A DNA stretch of 64,000 nucleotides from Catajapyx aquilonaris. Its lineage: Eukaryota. The stretch covers positions 1-64,000 of the forward strand of contig KZ538502.1 in assembly GCA_000934665.2 (NCBI GenBank), written 5' to 3'. Positions 13,248 to 31,938 of this stretch are shown one piece after another (the stretch's first letter is position 1; each line of letters opens with the position of its first letter). The notes below the pieces were generated by a model. It was given only the letters and a program-made list of their open reading frames with translations, was not told where the DNA came from and searched no databases. A program made the translations under genes and the position numbers.

Positions 13248-14183
13248 CTATTTATCTCGTCTTTTGAATCTTTAAATATTAGATATCTAGTCATTGGTTG
13301 ACTTGCCTAGTAACACCAGTGGGCTGGTATTTTTGCAGCTTCTGTTATGACACTTTTTGGCCATTGTATTTAGATCTGATGTTGTGTACTAGAAGTGAAT
13401 GTGATGATCTGATGCTGAAAGTTAATGAACAACAAAAAATGTGATCTGAGCAACAAAGTTACCCTATGCTTTAATTATATGTCATTTGTCATAATATTTT
13501 TGGAGTCATTTTGCTGTTGTTGCCTGTGAAAGATGCCTTGTGAAGAGAAATGTTACGCCAACCTGTATTTTTCCAACGAGAAATAAAGATTTCTACAAGG
13601 GTTGGAATCCTGCATGTTCCATTTCCCTCCCCATTATCATGCGAGTGGGATGATGCCTGTATCTGACAGGAAGAGGCAATAATTTATTATCAAACATACT
13701 GCAGAACCAGTGTACAAATACTCGTTGAGTATCGACTCAATTTATGCCATCAATACGAAGTATCATTTGACTTGTGAATATTGCCACTCTGGCCAGTCCG
13801 ATATTACCTGTAGGTGAGTGCCATTTTACGATTGATTGGGTTACAGGGAACAAGTGTGTAAATAGGTGTAAAGTCTGCCTTACCCACCCCCCTTCCATCC
13901 CCCTTTTTCTCAACCAATCCCCCCCTTTTTAGTGCGCTATCTTAGGTTGTTTGGTTGAGGTCATTGTGATCCACACGTTGCAAAGGACGATAAGTAGAGA
14001 AGGGAGCATCATGAGCCAGATCCGTGTGTTTACTTATCGATTGCTGGCCTTTACTGTTTGTTTTGGAAGAATCGAGTCACATTCCATGCTCTAGGTTCAG
14101 GCTGGATGTCTCGTGAGAGAAAAGTGAAGTGATACGAAGGTTCTCTCTAGATTGGTCTGGTTGGTTTGCAGTTCGCTGTAATT

Positions 14184-17100
14184 ATGGGGAACGAAGATGA
14201 AAGGATACCTCTGGTAAAAGATGACCACGTGGACAAAGCCTACTGCTCCTTCACGGAATCTGTAAGTGTTAATCATTTTCGCACATTTTACGCAATGGCA
14301 GCCTTGAACTGTTCAGGGTGCACATTTTCGGATAATAACTATTATCGAGTACATCACATCGTTACATTAGAGAAAATATGTGTAGGCCTATAAATAGCAC
14401 GCCCGATTTTCCTTCTGAAATGTATAACGTCGAATTCATAAAATAGATGAAATATTCTGTCTGTTATAATCATTCCACAAGTAGGCTACTGACTGGCGAA
14501 AAGCCAAACGGAGGAGATATGACAATGTGACACTATTGAATAAAGGGGAATGAAGTGCGAGGTTTTGTCTGCATGTTATAACTGAAGTGCTACAGTGTAC
14601 ACTTTTCAAAAAGAAACAGTAGCAGTATCGTACATTTCGTAAGCTGGGTGTATTATTTTCAAAAATTTATTCCACTTCATTTAGACTTGGAGTGTAGGCC
14701 TACTGCAGGGTGTTGTCATGAAGAAACCTACAAAATGGTCTTCAGGAAGTCATTGCTTACCATGAATTTAGAAGCTATTAATGCAATTTAGTGACATGAA
14801 AGCCTAAATCTTCCAGGCTCCAGCAACTAATCTAATTGCAATTTTAGTAGTGTAGAATATTTATATAAAAAATCCATTACAAAAAGCATCCGCCAAATCC
14901 AACAGTCAGGAATATTATCTAGATGATGAAAGCATCCTGTCCAATTATTGCGAACTACAGCCATAAAAAGGGGTCTGGAAAGCGAGAATAATGTCGCCAT
15001 GCAGATGTTGATGAAACAGACAATAACTGCCTGTTTCATCAACATCTGCATGCCGTACATGAACTGTTCATGTACGGAAATTGATCAACGCAGCTGGTAA
15101 AAAGCGGATCATATCATCTCATTTCATTATTACTGTATTGTTACCATTAGCCTTGAAAGTACTCGCAGAGTAGACTGTGTTGCCACTGAGAACTGCGAGC
15201 CCCGCCACCATCAATATTATAATAAGTGAGGGTGATTTGAACGATTCCATCATCTAGACACAACATACTGTATATAGCGTTAGTTTACGAGCAGGGGCAG
15301 TCCTTCTGTGGGCCTATATACCACAAACTTTATAGTGATGGATGCTACTAGAAAATTGGATACCTTGGATGTTAAGGTGAGAAAAAAAAACATATTGGTA
15401 AAGAAAGCGTCGCGTCGGTTAAACTCTTATGTGGAATATGACTATATAGTCTACATTTCGCAAGTCCCCAGGTCAAGAGGTGAAATTGTGAATTGTTGCT
15501 TCCAGTTTCCTTAATCCTTCTACTGTATAAACTGATTGCAGGATTGAACAATCTATTATACAACTTCACCTATCCCGCTCTTGAGGAATTTTCCAGTGCC
15601 CGTAAGGCTAAGTTATATGAAAATCCTATGGTGTCCTCACAATGATGACATTGAAATATCGCATCGAATTTAATCACTTGAGCAATGCAAGTGGCGGTAA
15701 ATGAGATAGACACTTGGGGCAGGTGTAGGTGCACAGCTAATATGAGATCAGGTATATATGATGTTACTACAAGTCGTATTCGTATAATAATTATTTAAGT
15801 CTAAAGTGTCTCATAATTATATACTATACTGTAGTAAAAACATATTCACAACAGCATACATAATTATATCAAAACCAAACACTTCAGAAAATATCATTTT
15901 GCATTGCTGGTCTCACTTGTCAGTTTGATTAGAGTACTTTATTGGGCACTGCGTTTGTTCGTACATTGTATTTGGTCTTTGCTTGTCCTTCATGTTAAAG
16001 CAATTTGTTTTCATATTTTAATTTCCAGCATGTAACTCGTCGTGTTCTTATTTGTTTGCTGTTTAGATAAAAAAAAGGAATCAGACATACAGGTCTATTA
16101 CTGCTACAAATTGCACCATTAAAATTCACCGCATTATCAGAATGGTACCGTAAATGTCAGTGAGACCAAGGGAAAAGCCATAAGATTATGCAAATTTGAA
16201 TCATTGTATGCAGACGCTGCCCTTTCCATTCAGGAAGGTTATTCTCTAAAACAATTCGCATGAGAATATTTGAATGAAATTTATATGTGGTGTATGAAAA
16301 GCTATAGTGTAGTCATTACAGCAAAATTAGACAACAAAATTAATATGAAACTCGAGAAGTTTGTGTCTGGTCACCTGTACTGTAATCTCATCTATTTAGC
16401 CAAACGGAAATAAGTGTTTGCCTTGTTATTGCCATACATATGGCATTACTTTTCAGGCTTTTGCATATTCGACCAGAAATAACGACGGCGTTACATTAGA
16501 GGTGGAAAATGCTAATACCGAAGGAATAACGTATTCTTGGAACAACATTGAAGTTTCAGTGGAAGAAGAAGAGAAGGAAAGTTGGAAGAAACGGATTCAA
16601 AATTTAATGCCGAATAAATCAGGAGCAGATGGCATCAGTACTCCGAGCAAACCCAACAGGAAGTTGATTCTGAAAGGAGGTAAGACATGGAAATATGTGA
16701 TTTGAGTTTCACATATTAATGTGTCCCATTTATACTCGTAGTGTCTGGAGTTGTGCGACCAAAAGAACTTTTGGCTCTGATGGGTGCTAGTGGAGCAGGC
16801 AAGACCACCCTCCTGAACGTCCTGACTTACCGGAATAGGTCACAGAACATGACAATCAGTGGTCAAAGGAGCATCAACGGAGCCCCGGTCGGGTCAGACA
16901 TCCTTACGTCACAATCCGGGTACGTCCAGCAGGATGACCTCTTCATAGGGACACTTACTGTCAAGGAGCAGCTGATCTTCCAGGTAAGGAGTCACCTTTG
17001 CACATTTTTCTAAACCAAATTGACTCCTCCAATAAGACAAAGGACCAACTCCAGACTGAAAAAATGGTGGAGGTGCAATTATTAAAATGACGGTCTTTTT

Positions 17101-20100
17101 AAAACTTTTTCCGCAAGTTCTGCTTAAATACGCAGGTTAAAACAGCATTTTTTCGTGAGCTATATGTTTTTTCATGTAGGCCTACAGCAGCTCTGTTGAG
17201 GTTTTCAATTTATTCTTTTGCAAGTTCAGAATTTACAGAGTCGCATACAGATCATTTTCATCTTTCACGAGAATAGCCGTAGCATTGTCAGATCATGCCT
17301 GGCGAAGCAATTCAACTTGCCAATCACTTGAGATATGCACGTTTTACTAAACAAAATGCCCATCTATCTATCACCTGATGCACGACCTGATGTGTGAGAA
17401 ACGAGCGCCAAAACATCATAATAAATATGTGGCGTCCAAATGGGGCACCACATGTTCTTTATGAACCTGCGCACAATCAGCCTATAGATCCATACCTGCG
17501 AAAGTCTGATGGTATTTACAATCCCACATTTACAATTTATACAATAGATCTTGGTGTGTGGAGGGGGGGGGGGCAGGAGAAAGAAGATCTATAGGAGGCA
17601 AGAACCTGCAAACTCTGCTGCGCTGTACAGCACAATCATGTACTGCGTAAAGAGTATTTTGCAACCAGCTTCTCCTCCTGCAAGCATTCCACATGCTCAT
17701 TGTTATTTTAAATCATCTGTCACTGTGTACTATCATAGATTTCTCCACGTTTTAGTGTTGTGAAAATTAATTACGTAATCACGTAGTTGCCCCATATATT
17801 GGGTGGCAATTTTCGACTATCAACAAACCACCTGCTGTGGTATGTCAGTATATTAGAGTTCGACGGGTGAATAAAAACAGGGCAACAACCAGCTGGAATA
17901 AAGACCAGAATCTACTATTGTGACGATATTTCTTGTATCCGCATGTTTCATGGTGCAATATAACACTTACTCAATAAGGCTCATATTATGAAAGAACTCA
18001 ACATTCTGTTCATTCCCAACTTCCTCTCATTCCAAGTTCATTGCTGCAGACAGCAGCTGCCTGCACCCTGGCTTGCACCAGGTTAACCAATTACCAATTA
18101 ACCAATTTAATGACGACTGCTGTTCAGGTTATTGGTGTTACCAATAACCTGAACAGCAGTCGTCATTTAATTCACCTTGTCTGTCTGTATAGCAATTAAC
18201 CTGGTGCAGGCAGCTGTGTGCAGCAATGAACTTGGAATGAGAGGAAGTTGGGAATGAACAGAATGTATTGTTGAGCTTTACACAATGTGTCAAGATGGTG
18301 TTAAGTAAATTTATTTCTTACTCTGAAAATTTTAATATGTGGCCCCACACCATTTTTCTCCTGGACTGCGACCTTGTCATGCTGGTCATTCATAAAGCTT
18401 ATTGATGCAGTGACACAAGTGAGCCAGACGCGCTCGAGACGCGGTTCTAATTACGTATGCACTACTTCAGCTCACTTTGCACTGAGAAGTTTACCAACTC
18501 TTGCGCATCCTCTGTGCAAAAGCCACTTAAGATCTTCTTAAATCTGTTTCTATGAAATGTTCTTCGATGCCCGCAGGCTTTGGTCCGAATGGACAGACAC
18601 ATCCCTCGTCAACGGCGAATGCAGAGAGTTGAAGAAGTTATTGCCGAGGTCAGTTCTTCTGAGTCACTTAGCACATTGCAGTTAGGTTTTTTTTTGTAAA
18701 GTACTGCAGAGTGAGTAATGCATTTTTTCCCCTCCTGTCAGCTGGGATTAGTGAAATGTGCCAACACCTTGATCGGCGTCCCTGGTCGCGTCAAGGGCAT
18801 CTCTGGTGGCGAGAAGAAGCGTCTTGCCTTCGCCTGCGAGGTCTTGACCAACCCTCCTCTTCTGTTCTGCGACGAACCCACCTCAGGGCTGGACTCCTTC
18901 ATGGCGCAGAACGTGGTCCAGACCATGCGGTCCATGGCCGAGAGGGGGAAGACCATCGTGGCCACCATCCACCAGCCGTCCTCAGAGGTCTACGCACTGT
19001 TCGACCGCCTCCTGCTTCTGGCCGAAGGTCAGGTCATCTTCACCGGGAGTCCTCAGGAGGCCCTCGACTTCTTCTCGTCACAAGGGCTGGTCTGTCCCCA
19101 TAACTACAACCCGGCCGACTTCTTCATCGAGACAATGGCTATCAAGCCAGGGCAAGTGGAAGAGTGCAAGCAGCGTGTGGAGGACCTCAGCACCGCCTTC
19201 AAAGAGACGAGAGAAGGACAGATGAGCCTCAAGTCTGCACAGGCCATGAACGGCAACCACCTTTCTAATGGAGGTACCAACGGACAGCATCGTCATTCCC
19301 CGTACAAGGCTTCGTGGTGCCAGCAGTTCAGAGCTGTACTTTGGAGGTCGTGGTCCAGCATCTGCAAGGAGCCTATGATCATCCGAGTGCGATTGTTTCA
19401 GACTGTGGTATAGTGCACGACGAATATTATTTAGTTATTTATTAAAATGAATTACACTTCTACATTCTTCATACAAAAATTGAAAAATGGCAAAAGAGAA
19501 ATTACAGCACTTGACATATTGTTTTGCAGGTGGTGGCACTATTGTTGGGGTTAATATATTTTGGACAAGTTCTTAACCAAGAAGGCGTCATGAACATAAA
19601 CGGAGCTCTCTTCCTCTTTCTCACCAACATGACCTTCCAGAATGTCTTCTCAGTGATGAATGTAATGCACTTGATTTGCAATGACGTTGATGAAATTTCC
19701 TAATTCTCTCGTGCCTCGCAGGTATTTTGTGCGGAGCTGCCCATTTTCTTGCGAGAGCATGCGAACGGGATGTATCGCACTGACGTCTACTTTCTGAGCA
19801 AAACTCTGGCCGAGTTGCCCTTGTACATATTCCTTCCAATTGTCTACACCAGCATATGTTACTACATGGTAGGATTCAATCCTTCGGTTGAAAGATTTAT
19901 GATATGCGTGGGCATCATCATTCTTGTATGCAACTCAGCCACTTCTTTCGGTATGTATGACGGCGTTCAACATGTGCGGTGTAACTTCACTCTCTTTTTG
20001 TCACCAGGTTACATGATTTCGTGTGTAAGCAGCAGCATAACTGTCGCCCTGTCTCTAGGACCACCTCTCATCATTCCTCTCATGCTCTTTGGAGGCTTCT

Positions 20101-20517
20101 TTCTCAACAAAGCGTGAGTAGCCTGTTGCCCATTGGCGGTCATTATTGTTGGGAACGACCAAAAGACAAATATGTCCGTGTAAACCCATCTCCTCCCCTT
20201 TTGATTCTCCTGAAAATTTCACATTGGCTGTTTCTCTCTGCAGGTCCGTCCCTGTGTATTTCATATGGCTTCGCTACGTATCATGGTTCCTGTACGCAAA
20301 CGAGGCTCTGAATATCAACCAGTGGGTGGGCGTGGACTACATCAAGTGTGGTAAGTCCAACTCTTCCTGCATGCCCGATGGGAACACGGTCCTAATGACG
20401 CTCAACTTCGAACCGCACAACTTCTACCTGGACATCGGCGCTCTCGTTCTGCTCATCGTGGCCTTCCGCGTCCTGGCATTTTTGGCACTTTTAGTCAAAA
20501 CGTACCGTACAATGTAA
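14184..20517 (+). CDS. w: ABCG half-transporter White, 9 exons
   Basis: Exons 14184-14261, 16457-16679, 16742-16983, 18577-18648, 18742-19407, 19530-19661, 19722-19950, 20008-20113 and 20244-20517. Walker [10 protein letters not shown], signature ISGGEKKRL and [12 protein letters not shown], plus the White-typical [20 protein letters not shown]. Confidence 0.95.
17997..18275. repeat. Foldback/palindromic element in white intron 3
   Basis: The outer arm acattctgttcattcccaacttcctctcattccaagttcattgctgca (from 18001) pairs with its reverse complement ending at 18266. An inner perfect 28-bp stem pairs 18109-18136 with 18140-18167 around a 3-nt loop. Confidence 0.85.
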
Positions 20518-21411
20518 TTTTCTGTAATACTTAATTTCGAAAACTGTTATATTAGATTTGATTTCAAAAATTGTAGATCCAGTGAAGTTATTTCTTTCCT
20601 AAACCACTGTATTTATGGTATTGTATAAAGTGCGCTGAGTATACATTTCTTTACATCCTTTCCTATACATTCCTGTCTCTCTTGACCGTCAGTGATAAGA
20701 TGGGTTGACACATCGACACATGCAAAGGTAGGCTGTGGCTGGGAGAAACTAATCCAGGGATATGCAATACACACATCCAGAGCCCATGTTAACCCAGCTG
20801 TAGTCTGTAAAACCACAGACCTTCATTATTTACATAACGCATTCTCAATTTCCGGAATGAACATAGGCTACTCTCCATGTTAGGGCACGCAGTTTATATC
20901 CCTGGTCCTCAAAATAGCCACTTGTGTTATCAAGATTGACAGCGGGAATATAACGCCAGGAAAATATTTCAAGCACTGTTTCTATCTCGAGCTAGAGATA
21001 TCTGACCCATTTTCCCTCACCTCTGTAACCTCATCCTTGGAAATATGAAGTGCCCTATTTCATTCCAGAAAAATTTGAAACACAATTTTTTATCTCCAAC
21101 AAATTCGGTCTGTCCCTCAATTAGACTCCATGAAACACTGTGACACCATTTTCATCTGGGTCAGTCAATCACTTGCGAGATAAAGGGGTTTAAGAGTAAA
21201 TAGTGCACGAGAGATGTCGCGTGACACTGAATTCTTCACACCAGACCTAGATGCAGTGTATGCTACAGTTGACTTATAATCTCGAGCATTATCGCACACA
21301 CGGCCCTTCGACTCGATTTATGCAGGCGGGGCCTGGGAGTCAAGAGACAATCAGCACACACAGTGAAGCCGCAGGATCCGTTTGGTACACGTGCACAGGA
21401 AGGTACAAATT

Positions 21412-24400
21412 ATGGAAGAGGAAAAGGTAAGTTATTTTAACCTTCAACAAGTGTACACTACGCTTACATCTTCAAACTTGCATAATATGCCCAATTTATT
21501 AGTTGGTGTACAATATTATGTAGGACAGTAGTAGGCTATAATTCTTCAAATTTCAAACACATATTTTTGTACACAATGAGTAAAGTCAAAGCTGGATGAT
21601 CTATTTGTTGACCTGATTGCAGACTTGGCTGAAGACTGAAGACTTGAGTGAAGGTCTGACTTTATCCTGGAGAAATTTGTCAGTGTCCACGTTTCTGAAG
21701 AACAAACGGTGGTTTTCATGTGGGGGAAATTCAACTCGACCTCGAAAGAAGTTGCTTACAAATTGTAAGTCACATGTTAGCACACTAACTAGTACATCTT
21801 GTTAAAGGTGAACTGAGAACTGTATTCCATTTTTAGCATTTGGAATTGCACATCCTGGAAAGATTCTTGCTATTATGGGAGCCAGGCAAGTAATGCAGTG
21901 TGTTGACAATGTAAAATTATTCTCATTACGTGACATTATTGCAGCGGTTCTGGAAAAACCACGCTGATGGATGCATTGGCTCATCGAACACCCCGTAAGT
22001 AAATAATTATGGCACACCAGTAATCCACACCTTATCATTCACTCTGTTGACTCAGGCACCATGATTGTCAATGGAGAAATATGTCTGAATGGCAGGCCAA
22101 CTTCAGGTAATCTCATGCAACACCTCAGTGGGTACGTCTTCCAAGAGGACCTCTTCATAGATACAATGACAGTAATGGAGCATCTCACCTTTCTGGTACA
22201 GCTATTTGACTGACATGTTAGTCAATAAAATGTCTCCCTTTCTCAAGAGAAGAAATGTGCCTTGACCATACCAAAATTCTTGTTAGGCTCGCCTGCAAGG
22301 AAGTGACCAAGAGTTAAACACCACCAAAGTGCGCAAGGTCCTCAACCAGCTGGGACTTGAACGAGTGTCTGGTCGCAGAATAGGTGTCGGCTTGTCTGGT
22401 GGGGAAAGAAAGAGGCTCTCCCTCGCTTGTCAATTGCTTCCGGACCCTCCTATACTATTTTGTGATGAACCCACTTCTGGCTTGGACTCTGCCTCGGCCA
22501 GGGAGCTCATTCAGCTCCTCTCTCAGCTTGGGCAGACTCATCACAAGACAGTGATCATCACAGTTCATCAGCCAGCCTCAGACCTGGTAGCCTTATTCCA
22601 CAAGATTCTGCTGCTTGCACCAGGTGATGGACGGTTGGTCTTCTGTGGGTCTTGTCCAACAGCATTCCAGTTTTTCCAAAGGTAGCAGTACTGTATGAAA
22701 AATACCCTGGTGTTACATTAAAACCTTAATATTCCTGTGTTCCAGTTTGGGTTACACATGTCCTGATACATACAACCCGTCTGATTTCTTCATCCGGACG
22801 CTGGCTGCTATTGGTGGAAAAAATGGTGAGAATGCAGAAGGCATTGAAGAAATGACCTTTCAGTTCGAGGAGTCTGCCAGCTGCAAGCAAGACTTGATGG
22901 AAATTGACTCACTTCACAAAACAGATGATAATACTAAGAGAAAAGACTTCCAGAAATTGTACATGTGAGTACAATACAATCCGTGACTTGTGCAATTCTA
23001 TTTGCATATTGTTCTATCTGCAGTCCGAGAGCCAACTGGTTCATCCAGGTATATCTGCTGTTGTGGAGGTCAACACTTCACATGATCAGGAATCCATCTG
23101 TGCATTTGGTCCGAACTATCCAAAAATTGGTAGGTAGAAAGTGGTGGTAGCATGTGACACACTAAAAATGTCACTTTTGCTTTTAACTTCCTACAGTTTA
23201 TAGCTGTGTTGATGGGGATGTGCTACGGAGGTATTTCCAACAATCAAGGTGGGATAAGGGCAGTTCAAGGAGCAATCTTCTTATTTGCCACAGAAAATAC
23301 TTTCCCTTCAATGTACGCAATGATTCAAGTGATTCCTCAGGATCTGCCAGTAATCTTACGTGACCATCAAGCAGGTGTCTATCGAGTGGATGCCTACTAC
23401 ATTGCCAAAGCAATCTCAGTTGTACGTAAACCTTCACAGTGTATAGTTCTTATTGTAGTTTGGTTCATATTTACGGGAAATATTAATCATGTTGAATTTC
23501 AGATACCTACATTTATTATTGAACCTGTTTTATTCACCTGCATTGCCTATTGGTTCATTGGCTTGAGAAACTCCATTACCGCCTTCATCCTGACAACTTT
23601 GTGCTGCATTCTGACAGCAAATGTGGCAGCAGCTGCTGGTGAGTGTGTCTGTCTCTCCTAATATGGATTTCTGTCTGGTTCCAATCCCCCTTTTGGCGAT
23701 AAGGGAATGAACAAGTAATAATACAGAATATGAGCTGCAATACAGTACTCTATTGTAATAAAAGTATGTGTTGGATTTTTTAAATGTTAAAACTGTGGAC
23801 AAGTACACTGTGGTCTAAAAATATCTAATAGATTAACCACTCCAGAGAAGTATTTTTGCAACCAATTTGCAACTGGGCTCTTGATAAATTAATTCTCTTC
23901 CAGGGTGCGCGTTTTCGACTGCATTTGAGAATGTGGGTGTTTCTCTCGCTTACATTATTCCTTTTGAATACCTCCTCATGCTCTCAGCAGGGCTTTTCAT
24001 TAACCTTAGGTAAGGCAAAACAACATGTTACCTGTGCAATCAATGCAACAAGATAAAACTTGATGAAAATTCATACTTCTTCCAGGTCCTTTCCAGTCTA
24101 TGTCAGTTGGACCAAGTACTTTTCCTGGTTTATGTACTGCAATGAAGCTATTGCTATTACTCAGTGGCATGGAGTCACCAATATCAGTGAGTATCACAGA
24201 CTCAGATATGCAAATAGTGGTGCAGCCCAATAGTTCCATCTGAATCTTTTTTGTATGATGCCAAGCATATGGAAAGGAAGCCAATAGTGCTCTCTCTTTA
24301 CCATTGGAAATACAACCAGCTCTAAATGCTTTTTTAATAACAAAAAGATGAAGTGACGTAACCTTGGACGTAACATTGCAGGTTGTGAGTTTACAGCCTC

Positions 24401-24560
24401 TAATGCTCCCTGTATTCAACGTGGAAGTGATGTCCTAGAAGAGTACAGTTTCAACGAGGGGAACTTGGTGCTGGATTTCTGGGCTCTCTCCATACTCTAT
24501 TTTGCATTCCATCTTCTTGGATTAATTTTCCTTGTGATTCGTTGCAGGCACAAGTCATAA
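21412..24560 (+). CDS. st: ABCG half-transporter, scarlet-like, multi-exon
   Basis: First exon 21412-21426, last exon 24382-24560. Walker A GASGSGKTT (split by an intron), LSGGERKRLSLA and [11 protein letters not shown], plus scarlet-type VRTIQKL and AVQGAIFLFATENTFPSMY. Scarlet versus brown/ok needs a phylogeny. Confidence 0.8.
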
Positions 24561-25700
24561 GAAAATGTTTCATTCACATGGCAACCCCATTTATTATGCA
24601 TTAAAAGTCATCACAGAATATTGGGGGATAAATTGACATAAACAGGAACTAAAGTGTATGTATCAGGTGGTAAGTCCTGGACATTTAAGATTTGGCACAT
24701 TATTTGTCTCACAAACCATAAATAATAAAATACATGATTACACATATGTGATGTTAAGTTATTACCCCTTTCACCTTGCGTGACTAGGAGACCAGTTGTC
24801 TCTCTTAAAATTATGTGAGTAGTTACGGGCAGAAAAGTACAACAAAAAAACCAGCCTCGTCGCTGACAAAATGCATTTGTCAATGATGGATTGGCAAGTA
24901 CAAAGTTTCAAGTCTATTGCAATTTAATCTCTCTCCTGATCGAGGAATGATTACAAAAAGAAATATGTTGGCATGAGATCAAAGTACAATTTTAATGGTA
25001 CTTTTTAAGTCACTTGGGGTGGCCCTCTATGCCACAAGAATGTAAATGCATCGTTGTTTTAGCCTACAAGGCACTCAAATTGCTTTCAATATGATTTGCA
25101 GGGAGACACTTCTCCCACCCCATGACAAAATGCTGTGACACTAATGTGCGAATGTTCACTGTCACTTTTTGGACTGCAATGTGCTACTGCAGTCAGAGAA
25201 GTAACAGTGACCTTCTTGCATAATTATGTCAGTTACACCTTTTTCACAAGGAATGGCAGATTTTTACTTAATCTTCACACAAAAATATTTATGCACACCA
25301 TTGCGGTAACTCAAGACCAACATTTTTTCACAAACAATCAGTTCCCAAGCTGAACTGAAACGTACTGTATTTCACTTTCCTTTTATAATGTCATTGTACT
25401 TGGAAGTGTTTAAATGGCTTATTCTAAATATAAACACACAACAAAACAGCTTAAGAATACTGGGCAAAAATGACGAATACCCGTGTCATTTTTTTTCTTG
25501 GCAGTTATCAATTGCCAGAAAATAGCAAGTCGGATGAGCGGATGTATTATTTGAAACTTGCCTTGAGCCTCATTACAATAATACTTCTTAGTTCTAAAAA
25601 TCACAAGACATGATACGTACATAACTTTGGCATTGGGGAAGCAAGGCAATTACTGTAAGGCGAGTTGCAGTTGCAAACAGTGACATATTGCCTATACTTA

Positions 25701-31111
<5,411 letters not shown>

Positions 31112-31938
31112 TTGTCAAGCATACTGGGCCTCAGCTAGCAAGAGTGACGAACCTGAAAAGCAAGCCCAATGACACCCTCGGTCAACCAGGGAGACCAGCT
31201 TAATCAGCTCAATCAATTTCTTTCCCCCCAACATCATTATCAATAATAATCGAACGCGGAAGCGGGAAGTTTTTCCACTGCCTTTTTCCTGTTGACTCCG
31301 CACCACTCCGCACCAACCTGCAGCTGCCACCGCCCCAGAGAAGGCGACGACTCCCCTGGACGTCATCCGGCCTGCCCGTTGCCTGTCCCCTCTCAGCAGG
31401 AGGTCCCTCAGCCGCAAAAAAAAAAAGTATGCGGTCCGTTACGACAGCTCGATTATCACTAACCTCTCGGACGCCATCTTGGAAGCTATTAAACCCTCCT
31501 CCTCCTCCCCACTCTCTTCCCTCCTCCTCCTCCTTCCCCCTGATGAAGGAAGGTCACACTGTTGCCAGACGAATGTGAAGGAGGGAATATTCGAAATGTG
31601 AAGGTCATGCACTTATCGCACGTGACCGAAATAATAATTGTTCTTCAGCTGTACTGTACGTGCATCCGACTAGATGTCAAAATGTTGGGACGGATGTCTT
31701 CCACGTAATTATGTGTTAATATTATGTATAGCTGTTATCTGAGGTTTTATATCCACAAAGACACGCAAGGTCATATTCGGGTATTAGTCAGGTTGGGTTT
31801 TAAACTCTTTTTTGATTTTGTAAAAATACAAAGAACGCATGTTATTTTTATTATGTGGAACAATGCAGTTGTTGTGACTGCAAACCATTCCGTCTGTATT
31901 TCAGTGATGTCTTTTTTTAAGTTTGAAAATAGTAGCGG

